Below, piece after piece: positions 56,663-64,000 of a DNA stretch of 64,000 nucleotides (position 1 is its first letter; every line of letters starts with the position of its first letter). The notes under the pieces were generated by a model. It was given only the letters and a program-made list of their open reading frames with translations. It did not search any database and was not told the origin of the DNA. Position numbers and translations under genes: made by a program. Where the stretch lies: NCBI GenBank assembly GCA_036558125.1, contig DATBGE010000108.1, positions 30,813-94,812 of the forward strand, given 5' to 3'. The stretch is from Gemmatimonadales bacterium (GTDB taxonomy: Bacteria; Gemmatimonadota; Gemmatimonadetes; Gemmatimonadales; GWC2-71-9).

Positions 56663-58178
56663 ACCACATGGTAGTCCCCCGCCCGTAAACCGACTCGGCG
56701 CCGATCGTGCCGCCGTGCATCTCGACAAATTTCTTCGACAGCGCCAATCCCAGTCCCGTGCCTTGCTGAGACCGGCTGTGTGACGTATCCACCTGACTGA
56801 ATTCGTGGAACAGTTTCGGCATGTCCTCGGGCTTGATCCCCGTTCCGGTATCGCTCACTGACACCCACACCGCCTCCCGGGATACCAGGCGGGGTTTCTC
56901 GTCGTACTCGGTGGAGATGGGGAGAGGGGCGCGGGTTGAGACGGCGGAGATGCTGACGCTGCCCCGCTCCGGAGTGAACTTGGATGCGTTGGAAAGGAGG
57001 TTGAAGAGGATCTGTCTGACCCTCGTGCCATCGGCGATGATAGTGGCAGGTGCGGAACCGGCTTCCACCCGGACTTCCTGTTCCTTGCTGGTGCGGAGCG
57101 GCGCGGTGTCCGTCACCACTCCCTGGATGGCCGCGTGCAGATCGGTCGGTGCCAGGTTCAGCGTCATCCGGCCGGCTTCGATCTTGGAAAGATCCAACAC
57201 CGAGTTGATCAGGCCGAGCAGATGCTTCCCGTTGCGGAGAATGGAGGCGAGGAATTCCCGCTGCAGCTCGTTGACCGACCCCATCTCCTCGGTCAGCATC
57301 AGATCGGAGAAACCGTTGATAGCGTTGAGCGGGGTGCGGAGCTCGTGAGACATGTTCGCGAGGAACTGGCTCTTCAGGTCGGTTGATCGCTGCAGCTCCC
57401 GGTTCTTGTCCTCCAAAGCCTTCTGGTTGCGGCGGGTCTCGTCCAGCATCTGGGCGCGATCCACCCCGACGACGACTTGATCTCCCAGTGTCTTCAGAAG
57501 TTCCAGGTCGTTCTCGCCGAAAGGACGGCCGTCGCGGCGGTTGTGAACGCTCACGGTCCCGATCGCGAGCCCGCTGGATCGCAACGGGACGATCGCCGCC
57601 GTCTTCATCCGGGAGGTCAACCCCTCGACGTTGTAACTCCTCGGATCGGCCTGCATATCCTCGCTCAGAAGCGGCTCATCATGGGTCACGACCCAGCCGG
57701 TCAATGAATGGTCCACCGGAATCAGAATGCCGGTGGCCCCCTCCAGGAACCCGTCGGTCGCCACTGCCTTGAGAAAGCGCCCCTCCTCGACGACGAGCGT
57801 GATCACGCTGCCTTCGGCTTCCAGGAGCTGGGTGGTCGCCTTGGCGATTTCGCGGAACAGGTAGTTGACGTCGCTCGCGCCGAGCAGGGTGGCGGCGAGG
57901 TGGCGCAGGCCCTCGAGCTCGCGATTGCGCGCGGCCGCGCGGTCCAGCGCGAGCTGCAGGCGACGGCGCTGCTCCAGGGCAATCCGTCGCCCGCGTCTCA
58001 GCGCTATGAGCGCCAGGACACTTGCCACGAGGCAGAGAAGAAAGCCGGTCCACTGCTGACGGTAGATGAAGTAGACCCCGACCCATCCTATGATCACGGC
58101 TGCGGCGGTGATCGGTCGGGTGCTGTAGAGGCGCTGCCAGAGGGACTTGGGGGAAGTCGGCCCCCCAGGGAGGGTCAT
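56604..58178 (-). CDS. GAF domain-containing sensor histidine kinase
   Basis: Two N-terminal TM helices, a GAF-like region, H-box SHELRTPLNAI, and N/G boxes (LLSNASKFT, DTGTGI, GTGLGL). Confidence 0.85.
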   Translation of the reverse strand: MTLPGGPTSPKSLWQRLYSTRPITAAAVIIGWVGVYFIYRQQWTGFLLCLVASVLALIALRRGRRIALEQRRRLQLALDRAAARNRELEGLRHLAATLLGASDVNYLFREIAKATTQLLEAEGSVITLVVEEGRFLKAVATDGFLEGATGILIPVDHSLTGWVVTHDEPLLSEDMQADPRSYNVEGLTSRMKTAAIVPLRSSGLAIGTVSVHNRRDGRPFGENDLELLKTLGDQVVVGVDRAQMLDETRRNQKALEDKNRELQRSTDLKSQFLANMSHELRTPLNAINGFSDLMLTEEMGSVNELQREFLASILRNGKHLLGLINSVLDLSKIEAGRMTLNLAPTDLHAAIQGVVTDTAPLRTSKEQEVRVEAGSAPATIIADGTRVRQILFNLLSNASKFTPERGSVSISAVSTRAPLPISTEYDEKPRLVSREAVWVSVSDTGTGIKPEDMPKLFHEFSQVDTSHSRSQQGTGLGLALSKKFVEMHGGTIGAESVYGRGTTMWFILPVEGPLHRTGTRVAGD

Positions 58179-58182
58179 GCGT

Positions 58183-58386
58183 TCACTCCGTCAGCAGCTC
58201 GGTGAACCGAGTCTCGCCGGTGATGAGCATCCTTTTCAAGTAAGGCCGGCAGAGTCCGCAACCGTCACCACACCCCGTCTCCCGCATGACATCGTCCAGA
58301 GTCCAACCGTGCTCTCTCGCCAGGGGAAGCAGCCGGGCGAAAGGCATTTGGCGGCAGATGCAGGTGGTGATGAGGATGTGGGACAT
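58183..58386 (-). CDS. BFD-like [2Fe-2S]-binding domain protein
   Basis: 67 aa from the ATG at 58386. CxC...CGxGCGxC pattern (TTCICRQ...ETGCGDGCGLC). The upstream part of the 58515 ORF is the heptamer array. Confidence 0.7.
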   Translation of the reverse strand: MSHILITTCICRQMPFARLLPLAREHGWTLDDVMRETGCGDGCGLCRPYLKRMLITGETRFTELLTE

Positions 58387-58390
58387 GGTC

Positions 58391-58509
58391 GAGAGTCTGG
58401 AGTCTGGAGTCGGAAGTCTGGAGTCTAGAGTCTGGAGTCTAAGGTCATGAATCGCTGATGACTCCAGACTCTCGACTCCAGACTTCCGCCTCTCGAATCC
58501 AGACTTCCT
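58391..58509. repeat. inverted heptamer arrays: 8 x [TG]GGAGTC-like, 14-nt spacer, 7 x GACTCC[AG]-like
   Basis: Read directly from sequence. The reverse complement of the right arm matches the left arm at 26 of 27 positions over GGAAGTCTGGAGTC[T/G]AGAGTCTGGAGT. Confidence 0.95.
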
Positions 58510-58514
58510 CCCCA

Positions 58515-59216
58515 CTACGGATTCGTCGGCCTGATATCCAGCTCCGACACCAAGGCCCGTTCCGGGAGAGCCAGGGCCGCGAGCACCGTCTCAGCCACGT
58601 CCTCAGGCTGCAGGATGCGGTCGATGTTGGGTGAGAGCATCCCCTGGGTTCGAATCAGCGGGGTATCGACCGAACCGGGACAGATGGTGATGACACGAAC
58701 GTTGTCCTTTCGGACCTCCAGCATCAGCGATTTCGCAAAGCCGAGTACCGCGTGCTTGGAGGCGCTGTAGGCGGACCCACCGACAAATCCGTTGCGGCCG
58801 GCCAGGCTCGCAATATTGACGATGGCACCCTGCTTTCGAGTGCGCATGGCGGGCAGCACCTCACGGGTCACCAGGTACAGGCTCCGCAGGTTGGTCGCCA
58901 TCGTCGTATCCCAGTCGTCCAGCGTCAGCTCTTCGAACCGCTTGAGGGGAGCGACGCCGGCATTGTTCACCAGGACATCGATGGCTCCGAGTTCCTTGAC
59001 CAGCATTGAGACGGCGGTCTTCACGTCGGCTTCGACGCCGACGTCAGCCGGGTGAACAGCGGCGGTGACACCCGCCTCTTCCAGTCCATCCTTGAGAGCG
59101 CGGAGCCGTGAAGGGGTTCTGGCGCAGGCTCCGATCTTGTAGCCTGCCTTCCCGAGGCGGAAACAAATCGCGCGACCAATTCCTTCGGTGGCGCCGGTGA
59201 TGAGTGCGGTGGGCAT
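58515..59216 (-). CDS. SDR family oxidoreductase
   Basis: TGATEGIG cofactor motif, NNAG, YSASK catalytic tetrad. Confidence 0.9.
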   Translation of the reverse strand: MPTALITGATEGIGRAICFRLGKAGYKIGACARTPSRLRALKDGLEEAGVTAAVHPADVGVEADVKTAVSMLVKELGAIDVLVNNAGVAPLKRFEELTLDDWDTTMATNLRSLYLVTREVLPAMRTRKQGAIVNIASLAGRNGFVGGSAYSASKHAVLGFAKSLMLEVRKDNVRVITICPGSVDTPLIRTQGMLSPNIDRILQPEDVAETVLAALALPERALVSELDIRPTNP

Positions 59217-59233
59217 GGTGAAATCTAGTAATA

Positions 59234-59309
59234 GTACCGCGTACCGCGTACCGCGTACCGAGTAAAGGCCGTTGGCTGTTCACCCAACTCGGTACTCGGT
59301 ACTAGGTAC
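59234..59309. repeat. inverted heptamer arrays: 4 x GTACCG[CA], 27-nt spacer, 3 x T[CA]GGTAC
   Basis: Read directly from sequence. Fills most of the 102-bp divergent region between the SDR and ABC exporter starts. Confidence 0.95.
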
Positions 59310-59318
59310 TTTTCATAC

Positions 59319-61217
59319 ATGACGTTCCCCGGTGGTCCCGCCAGTCTCCGGCCCCGCCGCCCGCCCAAGCTCATCCAGGAAGCACCGACTTGGCGGGAAC
59401 GGATGCGGGCTACTCGCCACCTGCCTGAATTTTTCCGGCTGGTCTGGGAGACCAATCGCGGTTACAGCGTTCTCATCGTGCTGCTCCGCGCACTCCGGGC
59501 GGCGATTCCGATCGCCACTCTCTGGATCGGGAAGCTCATCATCGATGAAGTAGTGCGGCTATTGGGCGAGCCGGGAGCCGCGGCGTCAGGCCTCGAGGCC
59601 TACAGGCATCTGCTGCTGCTCGTGGCCGTCGAGTTCGGCATCGCAACCGTGGGCGAACTCCTGGCGCGGGCATCCTCCCTGCTGGAGAGCCTGCTGGGCG
59701 ACCTGTTCGCCAATCGCACCAGCGTTCAATTGATGCAGCACGCGGCGTCCCTCGATCTCCAGCAGCTGGAAGATGCCGAGGTCTACGACAAGCTGGAGCG
59801 GGCTCGGCGGCAGACGGTGGGACGGATCGGGCTCTTCACGGGAATTCTCGCCAGCCTGCAGGATTTGATCACGATGGTCTCGCTGGCGATTGCGATCACG
59901 GTCTACGTTCCCTGGTTGCTGTTGCTCCTTGCCTTGGCGGTCCTCCCCTCCTTTCTGGGCGAAACACGCTACGCCGCACTCGGCTACTCGCTGCTGTTCT
60001 CCTGGACTCAGGAGCGGCGCCAGCTCGATTACCTGCGGTACATCGGTGCGAGCGATGTCTCCGCCAAAGAAGTGAAACTGTTCGGCCTCTCCGATTACCT
60101 GGTGGGACAGTATGCCCAGCTCTCGGACGAGTTCTACGAAGCCAACCGCGATCTCGCGATTCGACGCGCGGTGGTTTCCTCCCTGCTCGCTCTGGTCGGG
60201 TCGGTCGGGTACTACGGCGCCTATGTCGCCATCATCTATCTCACAGTAACCCGCCATCAGTCGCCCGCCGGTCCCTTTACCCTGGGCGTCCTGACTTTCC
60301 TGGCCGCCTCCTTCCGGCAAAGCCGAGACCTGATCCAGCGCTTTCTGTTGTCCCTGGCCCAGCTGTTCGAGCAGGCGCTCTACCTCGAGGATCTGTTCAC
60401 CTTCTTCGATCTGCAGCCGCGGATCTCCAGCACGCCCGGTGCGGCGGTGGTGCCGACGCCCATTCGGGAGGGTTTTCAGTTCGAGAATGTCGGGTTCCGC
60501 TACCCTGGCGCTGAACGGTGGGCGGTCCGGGGGCTCGACTTCGTGCTCAAGCCGGGCGAGCGGCTGGCCTTGGTGGGAGAGAACGGTGCGGGCAAGACCA
60601 CGCTCGCCAAACTCCTCGCTCGACTCTACGACCCCAGCGAAGGACGCATCCTGCTAGATGGTCGAGATCTGCGGGAATACGACATCGAGAGCCTGCGCCG
60701 CAATGTCGGCGTGATTTTCCAGGATTTTGTGCGCTACGACTTTCCCATCAGGGAGAATATCGCTGTGGGCGACATCGGCCGGCGGGACGACCAACCGGCG
60801 CTCGAGGTGGCGGCGAGCCGAAGTCTGGCCGACAGCGTGATCGCCCGCTTCAAGGAAGGCTATGAGCAATTACTGGGGAAGCGGTTTGAGGGTGGGGCCG
60901 ATCTCTCGGGGGGCGAATGGCAGAAACTGGCTCTGGCCCGGGCCTACCTGCGAGATGCCCAGCTCCTGATTCTCGACGAGCCCACCGCCGCCCTCGATGC
61001 GCGCGCCGAGTACCAGGTCTTCCTCCGCTTTTCCGAGCTGACCCACGGGCGCATGGCGGTGCTGATCAGCCACCGTTTCAGCACGGTTCGCATGGCCGAC
61101 CGTATTCTGGTGCTCAAGGAGGGTGAGCTGGTGGAGCAGGGGACCCACGCGGAGCTGCTGGACAACAAGGGACTTTACTCGGAGTTGTTCGGGCTGCAGG
61201 CGGCGGGGTATAGGTAG
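59319..61217 (+). CDS. ABC transporter ATP-binding protein/permease (fused exporter, MsbA-like)
   Basis: Six-TM N-terminal domain. GENGAGKTT, LSGGEWQK, LLILDEPTAALD. Confidence 0.9.
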   Translation: MTFPGGPASLRPRRPPKLIQEAPTWRERMRATRHLPEFFRLVWETNRGYSVLIVLLRALRAAIPIATLWIGKLIIDEVVRLLGEPGAAASGLEAYRHLLLLVAVEFGIATVGELLARASSLLESLLGDLFANRTSVQLMQHAASLDLQQLEDAEVYDKLERARRQTVGRIGLFTGILASLQDLITMVSLAIAITVYVPWLLLLLALAVLPSFLGETRYAALGYSLLFSWTQERRQLDYLRYIGASDVSAKEVKLFGLSDYLVGQYAQLSDEFYEANRDLAIRRAVVSSLLALVGSVGYYGAYVAIIYLTVTRHQSPAGPFTLGVLTFLAASFRQSRDLIQRFLLSLAQLFEQALYLEDLFTFFDLQPRISSTPGAAVVPTPIREGFQFENVGFRYPGAERWAVRGLDFVLKPGERLALVGENGAGKTTLAKLLARLYDPSEGRILLDGRDLREYDIESLRRNVGVIFQDFVRYDFPIRENIAVGDIGRRDDQPALEVAASRSLADSVIARFKEGYEQLLGKRFEGGADLSGGEWQKLALARAYLRDAQLLILDEPTAALDARAEYQVFLRFSELTHGRMAVLISHRFSTVRMADRILVLKEGELVEQGTHAELLDNKGLYSELFGLQAAGYR

Positions 61218-61297
61218 CGGGAGACGGGAGACGGGAGACGGGAGGACGGGGGAACGGGGGAACGGGGAACGGGGAACAGGGAACAGGGAACAGGGAA
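61218..61297 (+). repeat. drifting tandem 7-8-mer array: CGGGAGA x3, CGGGAGGA, CGGGGGAA x2, CGGGGAA x2, CAGGGAA x3
   Basis: Read directly from sequence. Begins at the nucleotide after the TAG stop (61215..61217). Confidence 0.95.
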
Positions 61298-61314
61298 ATT
61301 TGCAGGTCGTGACG

Positions 61315-61692
61315 TCAGCCTTCATCGAGCGTACTACGAAGTGATCGCTTAGAGCCACCGGCCCGCATCGTTAGAAAGGCCACTCGGTAAGCCAGTTTCC
61401 TGATGACAATTGCCTCATCCGGACGAAGCCAGCCCTGAGCCTCGCCGAGGATGGCGAGCCGGTGTAACGACCCGAAACGATCCCATGCGCCCTCCCGTCC
61501 ACTCCGACGACGAAGGCGCATCAGAGTAGCTCTCAGGGCGCCCTCGGGCAGGCGGGACACTGCGTCCTCCAAGGCACGGTCCAGGGCATCCAGATAAGCA
61601 GGGAGGATTCTCTCGGCGACGAAGTGCATGGTGGCCAGCATAGGAGGAAGCTGGGAATGGCGTACCACCATTTCTTGACGGGCTGGTATCAA
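61315..61692 (-). CDS. hypothetical protein (helical, Arg/Leu/Ala-rich)
   Basis: 125-aa ORF bracketed by two repeat arrays. No motif recognised. Confidence 0.4.
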   Translation of the reverse strand: MIPARQEMVVRHSQLPPMLATMHFVAERILPAYLDALDRALEDAVSRLPEGALRATLMRLRRRSGREGAWDRFGSLHRLAILGEAQGWLRPDEAIVIRKLAYRVAFLTMRAGGSKRSLRSTLDEG

Positions 61693-61704
61693 TTCGACGC
61701 GAGG

Positions 61705-61808
61705 GGGTCTAGGGTCTAAGGTCGTGAGTCACAAGCCGGTGAAGGACGGGACTCGGCCCGAGACTCAAGACCTTCGACCCGAGACCTTCGACCTCAGACC
61801 TTAGACCC
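61705..61808. repeat. inverted heptamer arrays: 4 x [GA]GGTC-type units, 27-nt spacer, 7 x nnGACC[TC] units
   Basis: Read directly from sequence. GGGTCTAAGGTC in the left arm is the exact reverse complement of the right-arm end. Ends 3 nt before a TTGACA hexamer. Confidence 0.9.
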
Positions 61809-61873
61809 TATTTGACAACTCCCCGCCGCGTCCGCAGTATCCCCTTTCCACAAGCAGAAGGAGGCCCAGACCT

Positions 61874-63925
61874 ATGAAGGTCTATGGCTCGAACGCCATC
61901 CGAAACGTGGCCTTCGTGGGCCACGGGGCGAGCGGCAAGACCACCCTGGTTGATGCGCTCGCCTTCGTCTCCGGCTCCAGCCGGCGCCACGGTTCGGTCA
62001 AAGACGGTACCACGCTCACCGACTACACCCCCGACGAAATCGAACGCAAGCACTCCATCGGCCTCAGCGTTGCCTATGCCGAGTGGATGGATGTGAAGCT
62101 GAACCTCATCGATACTCCCGGATACCTGGACTTCTTCGGCGAGGCGGTCACCGGATTACACACGGCGGATTCGGCCGTCGTGGTTATCAGCGCGACCGGT
62201 GGCGTCGAAGTCGGAACCGAGAAGGTCTGGGAAGTGTGCGACCGGCTGCACCTGCCCCGGATCATCTTCGTGTCCCAGATGGACAAGGAGCACGCCAATT
62301 TCGAGCGGGTCTTCCAGGACATCAAAGAGCACCTCTCCCCCAAGGTCGTCCCGGTCGAGATCCCGCTGGGCGAAGGTCCGCAGTTCCGCGGGGTGGTCAA
62401 CCTCTTTTCGGGGAAGACCCACATCTACAAGAAGGGCACCAAGACCGGCGAGTACGACGAATCACCGCTTCCCGATGAATACAAGGAGCAATTCTCCCGC
62501 TACGACCAGCAGCTGACCGAGGCTGTCGCCTCCAGCGACGATAACCTGCTGGAGCGGTATCTGGGCGGAGAGGAAATCCCGAGGGAAGAAGTGCTCGGTG
62601 CCATGAAGCAGGCGATGCTTCGGGGTGAAATCGTCCCGCTCTTCTGCGGAAGCGCGGAGTTGACCTATGGTACCCGCGCGCTGCTCAACAAGATGGTGGA
62701 GCTGCTGCCGTCGCCCAACGAGATTCCGGCGCCGGCCGAGGCGCCGCTGATCGGACATGTCTTCAAGACTATCTCCGAACCGCACGTCGGTGATGTCTCC
62801 CTCTTCCGGATCTATACCGGCACCATCAAGAACGGCGACGAGGTCTGGAACGCCGAGCACAGTGTGGCTGAGAAGCTCAATCACCTGTCAGTGCAACAGG
62901 GCAAGGAACGGTTCGAGGTTCCCGAGTTGGCCGCGGGAGACATCGGATCGGTGGCCAAGCTCCGCGACACTCACACCAACGACACGTTCTGCCGCCGGGA
63001 GTCTGCGTTACAGTTGCCTCCAATCCCGTTCCCCGAGGCACTGGCGACCTCCGCCGTCGTCGTGAAGATGCGGGGCGAAGAGGACAAGCTCGCCGCGGGA
63101 CTCCACAAGCTCCACGAGGAGGATCCGACCTTCCACTTCGAGTACAGCTCGGAGCTGGGGCAGACCCTGGTTCACGGGATGGGCGAACGTCATTTCGAGA
63201 TTCTACTGGGCCGGCTGCAACGGAAGTTTGGGGTTCACGCCGAGCTGGCTCGTCCCCGGGTGGCGTATCGCGAGACGCTGAAGGGGAAGGGCGAAGGTCA
63301 GGGCAAGCACAAGAAACAGAGCGGTGGGCGGGGACAATACGGTGACTGCTGGGTGCGGTTCTCCCCGCTTCCCCGGGGCTCCGGCTACAAGTTCATCGAC
63401 AGCATCGTGGGTGGGGTCATTCCCAACCGCTACATCCCGGCGGTGGATCGTGGAATCCAGGAGTCGGCGGTACGCGGCGTTGTGGCCGGCTATCCGATGG
63501 TGGATTTCCAGGCCGAGTGCTTCGACGGCTCGTACCACGACGTCGATTCCAACGAAATGTCGTTCAAGATGGCGGGGATCCTCGCCTTCAGGAACGTCGC
63601 CCCCAAGTGCCGGCCGGTGCTGCTGGAACCACTGATGGAGGTAACGGTCTGGACCCCCGGAGAAATCCTGGGTGATGTGATGGGTGATCTCAGCTCACGG
63701 CGCGGTCAGATCCTGGGGACCGACACCGAGGGGCGGCTCACCCGGATCAAGGCGATCGTGCCCGAAGCGGAGCTTTACAAATACGCCACGACTCTGCACT
63801 CGATTACCCACGGTCGTGGCACCTTCCATTTCGACCACCACGGATACGCCGAGGCTCCGCCCGAAATCTCGGCCAAGGTGGCGGCGGAGAACAAGAGGGA
63901 TGGGAAGGAGAATGGGGACGAGTGA
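61874..63925 (+). CDS. elongation factor G paralog (EF-G II-like) with degenerate G motifs
   Basis: Five-domain EF-G length and sequence. GAAGGAGG RBS 10 nt upstream. G1 GHGASGKTT, G3 DTPGYLDF, G4 position SQMD. Confidence 0.9.
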   Translation: MKVYGSNAIRNVAFVGHGASGKTTLVDALAFVSGSSRRHGSVKDGTTLTDYTPDEIERKHSIGLSVAYAEWMDVKLNLIDTPGYLDFFGEAVTGLHTADSAVVVISATGGVEVGTEKVWEVCDRLHLPRIIFVSQMDKEHANFERVFQDIKEHLSPKVVPVEIPLGEGPQFRGVVNLFSGKTHIYKKGTKTGEYDESPLPDEYKEQFSRYDQQLTEAVASSDDNLLERYLGGEEIPREEVLGAMKQAMLRGEIVPLFCGSAELTYGTRALLNKMVELLPSPNEIPAPAEAPLIGHVFKTISEPHVGDVSLFRIYTGTIKNGDEVWNAEHSVAEKLNHLSVQQGKERFEVPELAAGDIGSVAKLRDTHTNDTFCRRESALQLPPIPFPEALATSAVVVKMRGEEDKLAAGLHKLHEEDPTFHFEYSSELGQTLVHGMGERHFEILLGRLQRKFGVHAELARPRVAYRETLKGKGEGQGKHKKQSGGRGQYGDCWVRFSPLPRGSGYKFIDSIVGGVIPNRYIPAVDRGIQESAVRGVVAGYPMVDFQAECFDGSYHDVDSNEMSFKMAGILAFRNVAPKCRPVLLEPLMEVTVWTPGEILGDVMGDLSSRRGQILGTDTEGRLTRIKAIVPEAELYKYATTLHSITHGRGTFHFDHHGYAEAPPEISAKVAAENKRDGKENGDE

Positions 63926-63926
63926 A

Positions 63927-64000
63927 ACGGGAGACAGGAGACGGGAGACGGGAGATGGGAGACGGGAGACGGTGAACGGTGAACGGTGAACGGTGAACGG
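63927..64000 (+). repeat. tandem heptamer array: ACGGGAG-type x6, then ACGGTGA x4+, running off the window
   Basis: Read directly from sequence. Starts 1 nt after the TGA stop (63923..63925). Confidence 0.95.

Noticed and set aside
58391-61808. CRISPR array interpretation of the repeat clusters
   Set aside because: The units are 7-8 nt and directly abutting with no spacers, far shorter than CRISPR repeats. No cas genes are in the window.

Overview
GC-rich bacterial chromosomal window with about 70 tightly packed genes. I saw no rRNA, tRNA, CRISPR array, transposase or integrase. Gene content (carboxypeptidase-regulatory-domain TonB receptors, an orphan FtsX-type permease, PadR) suggests a Gemmatimonadota/Acidobacteriota-like soil lineage, but that is inference only. 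Left third (1-24 kb) is housekeeping: def; a sufR-sufBCDSU operon extended by a bacilliredoxin-like gene; an ABC-2 exporter; mnmG; two consensus parS sites; parA-parB; an M23 peptidase plus bactofilin pair; and a BMP-type ABC importer with an embedded NIF3 gene. Middle (24-37 kb): plsC-like, VOC, queG, a divergent patatin-like gene, ndh-2, a class-V aminotransferase, LOG, a deoxyhypusine-synthase-like gene and several hypotheticals. Right third (37-52 kb) holds three consecutive minus-strand metal-acquisition modules. Module A is a TonB-dependent receptor (TBDR) followed by CopC-CopD-Sco-PCuAC-CtaG. Module B is a TBDR plus a lipoprotein. Module C is a porin-like barrel plus ZnuA/ZnuB-like genes with no ATPase. 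Each module is led by a paralogous small membrane-anchored protein with a conserved LPxxD[GA]xxFH ... Hx3C ... RAPP pattern that I cannot assign to a named family; this is my best candidate for an undescribed system. After that come mazEF, a 4-hydroxybenzoyl-CoA-reductase-like molybdoenzyme (four-Cys insertion in the FAD subunit), a GAF histidine kinase, an SDR, an ABC exporter and an EF-G paralog with degenerate GTPase motifs. The second notable signal is a set of 7-8 nt tandem-repeat arrays. Four G-rich direct arrays start 0-4 nt after the stop codons of plus-strand genes. Three arrays are inverted heptamer blocks that can form long hairpins. One octamer (GGCGGCTC) is embedded in frame in two metal-module genes. 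All functional calls come from reading motifs by eye; no searches were run.
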